Shown here: positions 34,873 through 44,356 of the stretch, one piece after another
How the letters are laid out: each line of letters starts with the position of its first letter
Numbering within the stretch: the stretch's first letter is position 1
Assembly (NCBI GenBank): GCA_949291545.1
Contig: CASEWB010000009.1
Location: 201,874-265,873 of the forward strand
Length of the DNA: 64,000 nucleotides
Source of the DNA: an uncultured bacterium
GTDB lineage: Bacteria > Elusimicrobiota > Elusimicrobia > Elusimicrobiales > Elusimicrobiaceae
Reading direction: 5' to 3'
Program-made: the position numbers and the translations under genes
The notes under the pieces: generated by a model
What the model was told of the DNA's origin: nothing
The model's database searches: none
The model's input: the letters and a program-made list of their open reading frames with translations, nothing else

Positions 34873-35367
34873 ATGAATTTTGACGAAACATATAACCGTT
34901 TATTTAAACCGGTATTGGCGTATGTGCAAAGCCGTGTGCAAAACGCGGCCGCGGCGGCAGATATTGCCTCGCGCGTGTGGCAGAAAGCGTTTGAGCACCA
35001 AGGCCAATACCGGCCGGAAAAGGGCCTGGCGGACCAGTGGATATTCGGCATTGCGCGAAATGAAGTGAACAAATATTTTGGTTTTTGGGAAATAAAGCGT
35101 TTCTTGTCGCTTACGGCGCAGGAAGAAGTTTTCCAATCCCAAGAAGCGCTCCCGCCGCAGCAACTGGAACGCCAGGAATTAAACCGGCGCCTGCTGGGTG
35201 CTTTGCAGCGGCTGGCCAGCCGGGAGCGGGATTTGGTGTCGCTTAAGTTTTATGGCGGGTTTAACAACCGCCAAATCGCGCACTTGACGGGATACAGCGA
35301 GTCCAATGTAGGCACAATACTCAGCCGGGCGGTTCAAAAACTGCGTACGCTGTTGGGGGATTTATGA
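34873..35367 (+). CDS. ECF sigma factor
   Basis: DQWIFGIARNEVNKYF and RDLVSLKFYGGFNNRQIAHLTGYSESNVGTILSRAVQKL. Confidence 0.85.
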   Translation: MNFDETYNRLFKPVLAYVQSRVQNAAAAADIASRVWQKAFEHQGQYRPEKGLADQWIFGIARNEVNKYFGFWEIKRFLSLTAQEEVFQSQEALPPQQLERQELNRRLLGALQRLASRERDLVSLKFYGGFNNRQIAHLTGYSESNVGTILSRAVQKLRTLLGDL

Positions 35368-35675
35368 AACTGTCTGATAAAAAATTAGAAACCTTGTATA
35401 GGCAAATGGACCTAGACCCAAACGGCGTGTTGCAGCAGGCGGTCTCTCGCCGGTTGCAGGCCCGCCCCAAACGTTCTTGGCGGCGGGTGGTATGGGCGGC
35501 GTGTGCGGCGGCGGTGTTGGCGCTGTGTGCCGTGCCGGTATGGCAAACGCTGCACCGTGCGGAAGAAATCCCGGTGTTGGCTGCGCCTCAGTGGTTGGCG
35601 GAACAGGCGGATTTTTCTATGTACCTGTCCCCCAATGGAGAACTGTTGGTGCCTTCCCCCAGGAGAAAAATATGA
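35364..35675 (+). CDS. Putative anti-sigma factor (single TM)
   Basis: ATGA overlap with the sigma gene. The TM segment is VVWAACAAAVLALCAVPVW. Confidence 0.5.
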   Translation: MKLSDKKLETLYRQMDLDPNGVLQQAVSRRLQARPKRSWRRVVWAACAAAVLALCAVPVWQTLHRAEEIPVLAAPQWLAEQADFSMYLSPNGELLVPSPRRKI

Positions 35676-36424
35676 AAATGTTAAAAACGATCAGTTTATT
35701 GGCCGTTCTGTTGTTGTGTGCAGTCGGTTTAAATGCGCAAGCACAGCCCCAATCCGGTTTGCCCAAATTGAAACCGCTTGGCGAGAATAAGTACGAAAAA
35801 CAAAGGCAGGCCATTATTGCCTTGGATAATGAAGTGGCGGATTTAGATGCGCGCTATTGGGCCAGCCGGGTAATAAACGACAAAGATGTCACCTTGGAAG
35901 AACTGCGGCGGTATTCCAAAAATTGGGTGGGGGACGGCCCCCAGCAATACCGGCGAATTGAAGCGGTGGTAAAATCCGGCAAGGTGCAGCCCTTAACCCC
36001 CGAAGAACACCGGCGCTTGGACGAAAAACGCCTGAAAGTGCGTGCGGTATTAAACCCGGAGTGGCAAGATAAAAAATTGATGGCTTCGCTTACCCAGCAG
36101 GAGTGTGCCGAGCTGGAAGCGCGGATGTGGGCTTACCGTGCCTTGCACGACACGGAAAAATGGTACAAGCCGGGCTGGGAAGACGGCCTGCTGCTGCCGG
36201 AAAAATATCGCTTGGAGTCGGGCGATTTGGTGGAAAATTTGCCGCGTAACATTGAACGCAAGAAAGAAGTGCGCCGGTTGTTTTTAAAATATATGAAAAA
36301 CAAAAACCCTACGCCTCTTTCCGATACGGAAAACTCCCGCTTAAACGGCTGCTCCTACTTTGACGACCAAGTCTATTCCATTACCCGCTATCCGACGTAT
36401 GAGTTTACAGGCGAAGCAAAATAA
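35672..36424 (+). CDS. Secreted hypothetical protein
   Basis: Start at MKMLKTISLLAVLLLCAVGLNAQA (signal peptide), overlapping the previous stop. The track ORF extension upstream is out of context. Confidence 0.55.
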   Translation: MKMLKTISLLAVLLLCAVGLNAQAQPQSGLPKLKPLGENKYEKQRQAIIALDNEVADLDARYWASRVINDKDVTLEELRRYSKNWVGDGPQQYRRIEAVVKSGKVQPLTPEEHRRLDEKRLKVRAVLNPEWQDKKLMASLTQQECAELEARMWAYRALHDTEKWYKPGWEDGLLLPEKYRLESGDLVENLPRNIERKKEVRRLFLKYMKNKNPTPLSDTENSRLNGCSYFDDQVYSITRYPTYEFTGEAK

Positions 36425-36456
36425 AAAAACCGGGGTTTTAAAACCCCGGTTTTTTG
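36425..36456. terminator. Bidirectional terminator
   Basis: aaaaaaccgggg-ttttaaaa-ccccggtttttt. Confidence 0.75.
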
Positions 36457-36466
36457 TGTTATATTG

Positions 36467-37225
36467 CTAGAAAATCAACGGCGCCAGCAGGAAAGAAACA
36501 ATCATGCCCAACGAATAACTGGTGACGTTGGTGGTTAAGCAAAGCATAAAAGCGTCGTACAATGAAATTTTCCGCAGGTTCATCAGTCGGACGACCAACG
36601 TTTCAACTGCCAGGCAGAAGAACCATAAAAAGGCGGTTTCTTTCACATACATAGCCAAAATCAGCCACGAAACGGCCGTGGTTAGTAAATTAGCTACGCC
36701 TACACTGTACAAAATGGTAAAACTCTTTTTCCGGTAGGAAAGATACGCCGCCGCCGCTAACAGCTCGATAATCAGCACCAACGCAAGCGATATCCACGCG
36801 TCCCGCCGGGCCCAGGCACGGCTGTCGGCTTTTTGGGCGGAAGGTTCTACGGTTAAATCGTCCTCGTTTACATATACATTAAACCGCGCACGCAGGGTGT
36901 TGGGCGACGCAAAAACATTGCTTTCGCGGGTGGTCCCGTCCGTGAACGCAATAATCAGTTTCTGGTAATTGTCATAATCGTACGCGATAGAAAAGCACCC
37001 TTCCGGCTGGCAGTAGAGCTTTTGCAGGCCGTATACGCCCAGGGGTTTGCTTTCTATGCATTGGTTGTCGCTGCATTGGATTTGCTCGCTGTGCAGGGGG
37101 TCTATGGGCGTTTTTTGTGCCGTATTATAGATAAAGGCAAATTCCATTTCCGGCTTGGGGGATACGTCTGCCCACAAGGGGGAAAATAAACAGGAAAAAA
37201 GCGCTAATAAGAGTAGTTTTTTCAT
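36467..37225 (-). CDS. Membrane protein: secreted N-domain + 3-4 C-terminal TM helices, unknown function
   Basis: 252 aa. Signal peptide MKKLLLLALFSCLFSPLWA and a hydrophobic C-terminal half. Confidence 0.5.
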   Translation of the reverse strand: MKKLLLLALFSCLFSPLWADVSPKPEMEFAFIYNTAQKTPIDPLHSEQIQCSDNQCIESKPLGVYGLQKLYCQPEGCFSIAYDYDNYQKLIIAFTDGTTRESNVFASPNTLRARFNVYVNEDDLTVEPSAQKADSRAWARRDAWISLALVLIIELLAAAAYLSYRKKSFTILYSVGVANLLTTAVSWLILAMYVKETAFLWFFCLAVETLVVRLMNLRKISLYDAFMLCLTTNVTSYSLGMIVSFLLAPLIF

Positions 37226-37287
37226 TTTTTTCTCTCGGTATGCTTTATTTGGTATTATAACATTAATGAACGAAAGGGGGAACCAAA

Positions 37288-38493
37288 ATGTTTTTTACCA
37301 AAATACAAAATGAAAAATACGCCGATGTAATGATTTGGGCCCTGGAAACCGCCCGCCGCAATGGGAAATTTAAACCCTACGATGCGGTGCTGCTGCGCAG
37401 CGATTTATCGGCCCTGCCGCTGGCCCGCGCCATCTATGCCAAACTGCTAAAGCGCCGCTATCAGGTGCTCCTGCGCCTGAACACCCCGGAAGATTTTACA
37501 AAAGAGTTTTATCTAAACGCCGACGATAAACAGCTGGCTTTTGTGGCCCCGGGGGAAAAAGAATTCCAAGGCGGCCTTAACGGCTTGATTTCTCTGCGTG
37601 CGCCGGAAGATTTGACGCATTTAAAAAAAGCCGATCCGGCCCGCATTGCCAAAAGCGCGGTGGCGCGTAAGCCCCTGCGGGAAATTTTGGACGTGCGCGA
37701 GCAAAAGGGGCTGTTCTCCTGGACGTTGTGCAATTATCCCACCGAAGAACTCGCCAAACGGGCGGGGCTGTCGGGCAAGGAATACGCCAACCAGGTGGCC
37801 CGCGCGTGCTTTTTAAACGAAAAAGACCCCGTCCAAAAATGGCAGGAAGTAACACGCCAGATTACCGAAATTGGCCGTTGGCTTTCCGCGCTGCCCATTC
37901 ATACGCTTCGAGTAGAGTCGGAACATATGGATTTTGAAGTACTGCTGGGGGAAAAACGCAATTTTATTGCCGGGGGCGGGTGCAATGTGCCGTCGTTTGA
38001 AATTTTTACCTCGCCCGATTGGCGCGGAACGCGCGGTGTGTACTATGCCGATTTATCCTCCTACCGCAGCGGCAATTATGTAAAAGGCGTCCGGCTGGAG
38101 TTTAAAAAAGGACGCGTGGTAAAAGCTACTGCCCAGCAGGGGCAGGAGTTCGTGCGCAAAATGCTGGCTATGGATAAGGGGGCGGCGCAGATTGGGGAGT
38201 TTTCGTTGACGGACCGCCGGTTCTCAAAAATTACCAAATTTATGGCCGATATTTTGTACGACGAAAACTTTGGCGGCAAATACGGCAATTGCCACATAGC
38301 CGTAGGCGCCAGCTACGCCGATACTTTCGCCGGCCCGCAAAGCAAACTGGATAAAAAACTGAAAGAAAAACTTGGCTTTAATGATTCTTCCCTGCATTGG
38401 GACTTAATTAATACCGAGAATAAAATTGTTACCGCCCGGCTGAAAGACGGTTCCAGCCAGGTCGTTTACGAAAAAGGCCAGTTTTGCTACTAG
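37288..38493 (+). CDS. M29-family aminopeptidase (AmpS/PepS-like)
   Basis: 401 aa. Motifs are PSFEIFTSPDWRGTRG, GEFSLTD and YGNCHIAVGASY. Confidence 0.75.
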   Translation: MFFTKIQNEKYADVMIWALETARRNGKFKPYDAVLLRSDLSALPLARAIYAKLLKRRYQVLLRLNTPEDFTKEFYLNADDKQLAFVAPGEKEFQGGLNGLISLRAPEDLTHLKKADPARIAKSAVARKPLREILDVREQKGLFSWTLCNYPTEELAKRAGLSGKEYANQVARACFLNEKDPVQKWQEVTRQITEIGRWLSALPIHTLRVESEHMDFEVLLGEKRNFIAGGGCNVPSFEIFTSPDWRGTRGVYYADLSSYRSGNYVKGVRLEFKKGRVVKATAQQGQEFVRKMLAMDKGAAQIGEFSLTDRRFSKITKFMADILYDENFGGKYGNCHIAVGASYADTFAGPQSKLDKKLKEKLGFNDSSLHWDLINTENKIVTARLKDGSSQVVYEKGQFCY

Positions 38494-38507
38494 ACTGTTT
38501 GAAAAAT

Positions 38508-38552
38508 GAGCCATAAGACCTAGCAGGGCCTAGGTCTTATGGCTCTTGTTGT
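38508..38552 (+). terminator. Rho-independent terminator
   Basis: 16-bp stem gagccataagacctag / ctaggtcttatggctc, followed by ttgttgtgtg. Confidence 0.75.
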
Positions 38553-38607
38553 GTGTTACGCGATAACCTATCATATAAGTAAGAAAATTTTTGCAAAGGA
38601 GCCCATA

Positions 38608-39381
38608 ATGAAAAAACTATTTGTGTGGAGTTTGTTGGTAGTGTTGACGCCCTGTGTGTTTGCCCAAGAAGGGGTAAATGTCTCCGCCATTGCGCGTGCC
38701 GTCAAGGCGGGGCAGGCCAAACAAGCGGCCCGGGTGACTGCTTCGGAAAAGCAAGTACTGGAGGCTTGGGAACAATTTAAAAAGCAAGCGGCTACTTTTA
38801 ATTATTACGATTACAACTGGATGTTCTTATCTTTAGATGGCGTCCGTCAGGCTTATATGGAACTGCGCGAGAAATCTGTTTCCGCGGCCCGCAAGTGTGC
38901 GGCGGAGCTGACGAAACCGGTTTCGATTGCGGATGGAAAACGTTCTATTAAAGTGGTTTCCTATGTAAATATGGAAAGCTGCAATTTGTGGCAAACGGAA
39001 CAAGCCAAATTTGACGTGTTCGCCCGCACCTTGCAGGAAGATGCGGCCGCAGCACAGCAGCAAAGCGCGGCGGCTTCGTTGCCGGTGGAATTTACTCAGG
39101 CACTTTCGTCTTTCCGCCAATATGTGCAACGCAGCAAAGAAATGCATTCTTCCTGGGTGTTGCAAAGCTTGATGCCCGCAATGGACGCTTTTAACCGCCA
39201 AATGAAGAAAGATCCTTCCGTGGGCCCTGCAATGGCTAAAGAATTGCAAAAACCCATTTCGGCCGGCTGGGGAGGCAAAGTGGTGGCGTCTAATTTTATT
39301 AAACACCATTCCAGCGAAGTATTTTCTATGCAATACGAGCTGGACGCCTTTGCCAACCAATTGGAACGCTTGGCTAAATAA
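38608..39381 (+). CDS. Secreted hypothetical protein
   Basis: Start at MKKLFVWSLLVVLTPCVFAQ after aaggag. The longer track ORF begins inside the terminator. Confidence 0.55.
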   Translation: MKKLFVWSLLVVLTPCVFAQEGVNVSAIARAVKAGQAKQAARVTASEKQVLEAWEQFKKQAATFNYYDYNWMFLSLDGVRQAYMELREKSVSAARKCAAELTKPVSIADGKRSIKVVSYVNMESCNLWQTEQAKFDVFARTLQEDAAAAQQQSAAASLPVEFTQALSSFRQYVQRSKEMHSSWVLQSLMPAMDAFNRQMKKDPSVGPAMAKELQKPISAGWGGKVVASNFIKHHSSEVFSMQYELDAFANQLERLAK

Positions 39382-39400
39382 GTTTAACAGTTTTTAAAAT

Positions 39401-39436
39401 ACCGCCCGGGTGTATACCCCGGGCGGTTGTTTTTTG
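39401..39436 (+). terminator. Rho-independent terminator
   Basis: accgcccggg-tgtatac-cccgggcggt followed by tgtttttt. Confidence 0.8.
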
Positions 39437-39550
39437 GAAAAACTGGCAAGTTCTCAAGCTTTTGGCACAGCTAGAGCAGGGGGAAAAAGAGCAAAAACTC
39501 AATAAAAAACCCGGCCAATGGCCGGGGAAAATAAAGAAAACAAAACAAAT

Positions 39551-40174
39551 TTATAATTCTTTGTGCAGAACTTTTAAAGCGGCTTTTTCTTTGGCGACGG
39601 GCAGGCATTCTTGCACGCGGTAATTTTTCCCGTCCACTAATTGGGAAATAGCGGCGATATCGGCATCGGTCAGCACTTCTTTATCGTAAGTGGTGCGGAA
39701 TTCGTACCCAATGCCCGCCTGGCGAATAAGGTCCATCGACTCGCGTAAAACGGCCGGGTTAAACTCCACCCCGGTAATTTGTACATATTTTTCCAACGGA
39801 GCTTTTAGGTCCATTGCAATAAAATCCACCAGTTTCTTTTGGATAAGCTCTTTCAGCATTTCCGGGCGGGTGCCATTGGTGTCTAATTTAACGGCATAGC
39901 CCATCGATTTTAACTTAGCCAAAAACTGAGGTAAATCGTCATACAAAGTGGGTTCCCCACCGGAAACCACCACCCCTTCCAAGGTGCCTTGGCGGCGTTT
40001 TAAAAATGCGTCTATTTCCTCTTCGGCAACGGGTTCTGCAAACATATGCGGGTACACCAATTCCGGGTTGTGGCAGTAGCGGCAGCGGAAGTTACAACCC
40101 TGTGTAAAAATCACAGCAGCTGGCCGGCCCGGGAAGTCAATCAGTGTAAATTTAATCAGTCCGCCTATTTTCAT
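39551..40174 (-). CDS. nrdG: Anaerobic ribonucleotide reductase activating protein (radical SAM)
   Basis: FTQGCNFRCRYCHNPEL is the CxxxCxxC motif. Also GVVVSGGEPTL. Confidence 0.85.
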   Translation of the reverse strand: MKIGGLIKFTLIDFPGRPAAVIFTQGCNFRCRYCHNPELVYPHMFAEPVAEEEIDAFLKRRQGTLEGVVVSGGEPTLYDDLPQFLAKLKSMGYAVKLDTNGTRPEMLKELIQKKLVDFIAMDLKAPLEKYVQITGVEFNPAVLRESMDLIRQAGIGYEFRTTYDKEVLTDADIAAISQLVDGKNYRVQECLPVAKEKAALKVLHKEL

Positions 40175-40204
40175 ATACAGTACCCGTTGCCCGAAAAGAG
40201 AAAT

Positions 40205-40405
40205 TTATTTGTCGCAGCCGCAGCCCAAGTGCATGGTTTTTCTCATGGCAAATTCTTCTTTTTTGCCTTTGTTCCAGTTTTGGACGGGGCGCAAATAGCC
40301 CACTACGCGAGAATAAACTTCGCATTTGGAACCGTGAACTTCGTTCATTTCTTTTTTGAGTTCCGCAATTTTGTTTTCTACTACTTGTCTTTCCTGTGCA
40401 GTCAT
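40205..40405 (-). CDS. Stand-alone glycyl-radical domain of class III RNR (NrdD C-terminal fragment)
   Basis: 66 aa. EVYSRVVGYLRPVQNWNKGKKEEF matches the RxxGY glycyl-radical loop plus WN.GK..E that normally ends NrdD. An RBS aggag lies upstream. Confidence 0.65.
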   Translation of the reverse strand: MTAQERQVVENKIAELKKEMNEVHGSKCEVYSRVVGYLRPVQNWNKGKKEEFAMRKTMHLGCGCDK

Positions 40406-40558
40406 GGTTATGTCTCCTAGCTGTATTACGACCGTTAAAACGGCTTGGGCCCGTGAAAACCCGTTACTTTATTATGGCACTTTGCCACTGCCGTTTCAAC
40501 CGCTTTTTTGGGTTAGGTTGTTGGGCAATCTAACCCAAAAAAGATATATTGCGAAGAA

Positions 40559-42619
40559 CTATTTGCTGTAAAGCTGTTCTTCCAAAAGTTTTACTTGGCG
40601 TTCCAGCTCCTGCATGCGTTCGGCTTTGCATTTGGGGCATTCGAAATGTTCGCCTTCGATGTAGCCGCATTTGGGGCAGACGCTGAACGTCGGCGTGATG
40701 GAGAAGTACGGTAAAGTGTATTTCTCGCACACGGTTTTGATGAATTTCTTCATCGCTTCCAAATCTTTAATCTTTTCGCCGGTAAAGATATGCTGTACCG
40801 TGCCGCCGGTGTACTTGGACTGGATGTTGCTTTGCAAGTCCAGCATTTCAAACACGTCGTCGGTATAGTTTACAGGCAGCTGCGACGAGTTGGTATAGAA
40901 AGGCTGATGGCCTTGTTTGTACAGCTCTTCGTTGGCGCATTTGATTTCCGGATAGCGTTCTTTATCCAGTTTGGCCAAGCGGTACGAAGTACCTTCGGCC
41001 GGGGTGGCTTCCAAGTTATAGTTGTTGCCGGTTTCTTCCTGGAATTTTACCAGCGTTTCGCGCATAAACGTAAGCACTTTTTCGGCAAACGCGCGGCCTT
41101 TTTCGGAACCGATGTCTTCCCCGATCAGGTTGACGGCCGCTTCGTTGAGGCCCACTAACCCAATGGTGGAAAAGTGGTTTTTCCAAAACTCGTTAAAACG
41201 CTGGCGTACCGAACGCAGGTAGAAGCTCATATACGGGTAGAGGTTCCCTTTGGTGAAGCGTTCAATAACTTTGCGTTTAATTTCCAAGCTGGTTTTGGCC
41301 ACTTCCATACGGTCTTTTAAATTGGCGAAGAATTCTTCTTCGTTCTTGGACAAGTATCCCAAGCGCGGCAGGTTGATGGTTACCACGCCGATAGAACCCG
41401 TCAGCGGGGCCGAGCCGAACAAACCGCCGCCGCGTTTTCTCAGTTCGCGGTTGTCAATGCGCAAGCGGCAGCACATGGAGCGGGCGTCCTCGGGGTTCAT
41501 ATCCGAGTTGATAAAGTTGGCAAAGTACGGGATACCGTATTTGGCCGTCATTTCCCACAGCGGGGTGAGTTTGGGGTTGTCCCAATCAAAATCTTTGGTG
41601 ATGTTATACGTCGGGATAGGGAACGTAAACACACGGCCTTTCGCGTCGCCCGCGAGCATCACTTCGCAGAAAGCGCGGTTGAGCATATCCATTTCGTTTT
41701 GGAATTCGCCGTACGTTTTGTCCTGCAGTTTGCCGCCGATAATGACCGGTTGGTCCTTATAATAAGAAGGCACCGTCAAGTCCAGCGTCAAGTTGGTAAA
41801 CGGCGTTTGGAAGCCCACGCGGGTGGGGACGTTTACGTTAAACAAAAATTCCTGCAAGGCTTGTTTTACTTCGTCGTAAGAGAGTTTATCGTAATAGATA
41901 AACGGCGCCAAAAGCGTATCAAAGTTGGAAAACGCCTGCGCGCCGGCGCTTTCGCCTTGCAGCGTATAGAAAAAGTTGACTACCTGCCCCAAAGCGGTGC
42001 GCAGGTGTTTGGCCGGTTTGCTTTCCGCTTTGCCGACCACGCCCGTAAAGCCGCTTAACAGCAAGTCCTGCAAGTCCCAGCCGACGCAGTAAGCGCCCAA
42101 CAGGCCCAGGTCGTGCAGGTGAAAATCCCCTTCCGTGTGCATACGGCGCACATTGTCCGGGTAGATTTTATTGAGCCAGTACACTTTGCTGATTTCGGAC
42201 GAAATATAGTTGTTCAGCCCCTGCAAAGAGTAGCCCATATTGCTGTTTTCGTTTACCTGCCAGTCGATTTTTTGGAGGTACTGGTCTACCAGGTCCACAT
42301 TAAATTTGGAAGAAATTTCGCGCATACGGGCATGTTGGTCGCGGTACAAAATATACGCTTTGGCCGTTTTGTGGTAGTTGGAGGTCAGCAAGACGTCTTC
42401 CACAATATCCTGTACGTTTTCCACGTTTGGAACCGTATCCGAATAGAGCTGCTGGATAATGTTAATGGCGCGAATCGTCAGTTTTTTAGCGGTTTCCAAG
42501 TCAAATTCGCCGGTGGCTTCGGCGGCTTTGGCAATGGCCTTCGTTATTTTTTTAGAATCAAAACGTTGGGTGGTACCGTCCCTTTTGACGATATGAGTGA
42601 TAACTTCAGAGTTTTCCAT
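40559..42619 (-). CDS. nrdD: Anaerobic ribonucleoside-triphosphate reductase large protein, lacking the glycyl-radical tail
   Basis: 686 aa. It has an N-terminal ATP-cone (HIVKRDGTTQRFDSKKI) and the NrdD core. It ends with the Zn ribbon CPKCGYIEGEHFECPKC followed by a helical tail, ERMQELERQVKLLEEQLYSK. Confidence 0.85.
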   Translation of the reverse strand: MENSEVITHIVKRDGTTQRFDSKKITKAIAKAAEATGEFDLETAKKLTIRAINIIQQLYSDTVPNVENVQDIVEDVLLTSNYHKTAKAYILYRDQHARMREISSKFNVDLVDQYLQKIDWQVNENSNMGYSLQGLNNYISSEISKVYWLNKIYPDNVRRMHTEGDFHLHDLGLLGAYCVGWDLQDLLLSGFTGVVGKAESKPAKHLRTALGQVVNFFYTLQGESAGAQAFSNFDTLLAPFIYYDKLSYDEVKQALQEFLFNVNVPTRVGFQTPFTNLTLDLTVPSYYKDQPVIIGGKLQDKTYGEFQNEMDMLNRAFCEVMLAGDAKGRVFTFPIPTYNITKDFDWDNPKLTPLWEMTAKYGIPYFANFINSDMNPEDARSMCCRLRIDNRELRKRGGGLFGSAPLTGSIGVVTINLPRLGYLSKNEEEFFANLKDRMEVAKTSLEIKRKVIERFTKGNLYPYMSFYLRSVRQRFNEFWKNHFSTIGLVGLNEAAVNLIGEDIGSEKGRAFAEKVLTFMRETLVKFQEETGNNYNLEATPAEGTSYRLAKLDKERYPEIKCANEELYKQGHQPFYTNSSQLPVNYTDDVFEMLDLQSNIQSKYTGGTVQHIFTGEKIKDLEAMKKFIKTVCEKYTLPYFSITPTFSVCPKCGYIEGEHFECPKCKAERMQELERQVKLLEEQLYSK

Positions 42620-43040
42620 AATATATTGTCCTGGTAGAAATAATTGGCCGTTTTGGGAACATCAACGACTTTTAAAATTTTGGCAAAAACAGACCGAAAT
42701 TGCAAATCCCGTCTAAAAATAGTTTTGAAAGGGAAGCCAAAAAATGTTTCTTCCGTCGAGAAAAATCCTTTTTTTGTTTCCGCGGCAACAGAAAAGAGCC
42801 TTGTTGCTTATTAGTAATTATTACTAATAACAAGCATCTTGTCAATTTTTTTAAGGTCCTAGGTGCGATATTTCCCTAAAAAATAAGGGATAAATATAAA
42901 AAGGTCCTAGATGTTTAAAAGGGGCGGAAACGCTCGGTATGCAGTCCGGGAGGGGGCAGCGGGGCAAATAATCTAATTCGGGGCTTGACGGAGGCGGGGG
43001 AAGTGGCTACAATAAGAAAAAGAGAAAAAGGGGGCCGGAT

Positions 43041-43298
43041 ATGGATTTCTATCAATGGTGTGTATTAGTGGCAGTGATTGCATTTGTCGTGTTTGTGGTA
43101 TTTGCGGTGCGGGCGTTTTTGCAAATTACACGCACAGCAGAGGCGGTGGAATATTTGGCTGTATCCACGGCCGAAAATGTGGACAAAACCAAAAGTGCGT
43201 TTGATTTAATCGACAATGTTTCCACCTTATTAGATTCCACGTTTTATAAAATGATGAAGTTTGGAGTGGACTTGGTGAAGCATTACCGCGCCAAATGA
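43041..43298 (+). CDS. Small membrane-anchored protein (DUF948-like, tentative)
   Basis: 85 aa with an N-terminal TM followed by a helical segment. Confidence 0.4.
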   Translation: MDFYQWCVLVAVIAFVVFVVFAVRAFLQITRTAEAVEYLAVSTAENVDKTKSAFDLIDNVSTLLDSTFYKMMKFGVDLVKHYRAK

Positions 43299-43366
43299 CT
43301 TGTTTTACTAGACGGATAAAAAAGCCCTCTTATGCAAGAGGACTTTTTTATCTGTTGGCAAGATTG

Positions 43367-43840
43367 CTAGGCGTTCAGTATCCATACGCCGGCGTTTAGA
43401 TAAGCGGCAAACAGCAACCACAGCCCGTACGGGGCAAGCAGCCACGCCGCGGCCCGGCTTTTGTGCCACAGCACCCGCGCCAGCCAAATGCCTTCCGCCA
43501 CAATGACTGCCAGCAAAAGCAAGGCAGCCCCCGGGCGGTGGTTCCCAAAAAACACCGGGGTCCATAAAGCATTCAGGGCCAGTTGTACAATAAATAAAAT
43601 AAGGGCTTTGCGGGCGGATTTAAGCCCGTGGCCAAAAGCCAAAAAAGCCGCCACGCCCAGCAGCACATACAGCACGCTCCAGGCTAAGCCGAATATCATA
43701 TCCGGCGGCATAAAAGGCGGCATTTGCAGAGAATGGAACCATTCCAAGTTGGGGCTTACGGCGCCTGCGCCCGCCAAGCCCGGCAGCTGGCATAGCACCA
43801 GCCAAAAAAGCAGCTTCAAAAATGCAATCATGTATTTCAT
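43367..43840 (-). CDS. tspO: TspO/MBR tryptophan-rich sensory protein
   Basis: 157 aa with 5 TM segments. Motifs are PPFMPPDMIFGLAWSVLYVLLG, NALWTPVFFG and YGLWLLFAAYLNA. Confidence 0.8.
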   Translation of the reverse strand: MKYMIAFLKLLFWLVLCQLPGLAGAGAVSPNLEWFHSLQMPPFMPPDMIFGLAWSVLYVLLGVAAFLAFGHGLKSARKALILFIVQLALNALWTPVFFGNHRPGAALLLLAVIVAEGIWLARVLWHKSRAAAWLLAPYGLWLLFAAYLNAGVWILNA

Positions 43841-43972
43841 ACTCTCACGCTAGCATTTTACTAATGGTATGAAAACCTAAAAAAAGGATTAGAGCCTGCC
43901 CGCTATACTGTTTAGCTGTAAAAATGGTAAAATAACTAAAACGTATTTTTAACCTTTCAATCCGAGGGAATT

Positions 43973-44347
43973 ATGGACACGAAATTAATTACGGAAGTAA
44001 CCGAATGGCTCAAAACTACCGATTTGGCCGAATTTTGCTACGAAAAAGACGGCGATTGCATTGAAGTAAAAACCGCCGAAGCGCTGCCCGAGCCGGCGCA
44101 TTTTTCCTGCTCGCTTACAGCGGTTACCGCGCCCGCAATTGGGACCTATCACGCCGCGGATAAAGGCAAAAATTTGGTGCTTAAAGAAGGCCAATCCGTA
44201 AAAGAAGGCGACGTGCTGGGCTTGGTGCAGACGGTTTCTAAAAAGCATCCCATTACGGCCCCCGTGTCCGGTAAGCTGCGGGTAGTAACGGCGCAGGAAG
44301 GCGCCCCGGTTGAATTTGGCCTGCCGTTGTTTTTTATCGAGAAATAG
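43973..44347 (+). CDS. Biotin/lipoyl-attachment-domain protein (AccB-like) without canonical AMKM
   Basis: 124 aa directly upstream of accC. The C-terminal barrel-sandwich pattern is VTAPAIGTYH...GDVLGLVQTVSKKHPITAPVSGKL. Confidence 0.6.
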   Translation: MDTKLITEVTEWLKTTDLAEFCYEKDGDCIEVKTAEALPEPAHFSCSLTAVTAPAIGTYHAADKGKNLVLKEGQSVKEGDVLGLVQTVSKKHPITAPVSGKLRVVTAQEGAPVEFGLPLFFIEK

Positions 44348-44356
44348 GGGTTCTAT

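Noticed and set aside
40406-40558. Self-splicing intron or intein separating the two NrdD parts (by analogy with the phage T4 nrdD intron)
   Set aside because: 153 nt is too short for a group I or II intron. There is no intein-like coding sequence. The downstream ORF has its own RBS and ATG.
42620-43040. Canonical NrdR box or cobalamin riboswitch upstream of nrdD
   Set aside because: I found no ACACTATATATAGTGT-like 16-mers and no B12-box-like sequence. Only the palindrome and 13-mer repeats reported as a low-interest finding are present.
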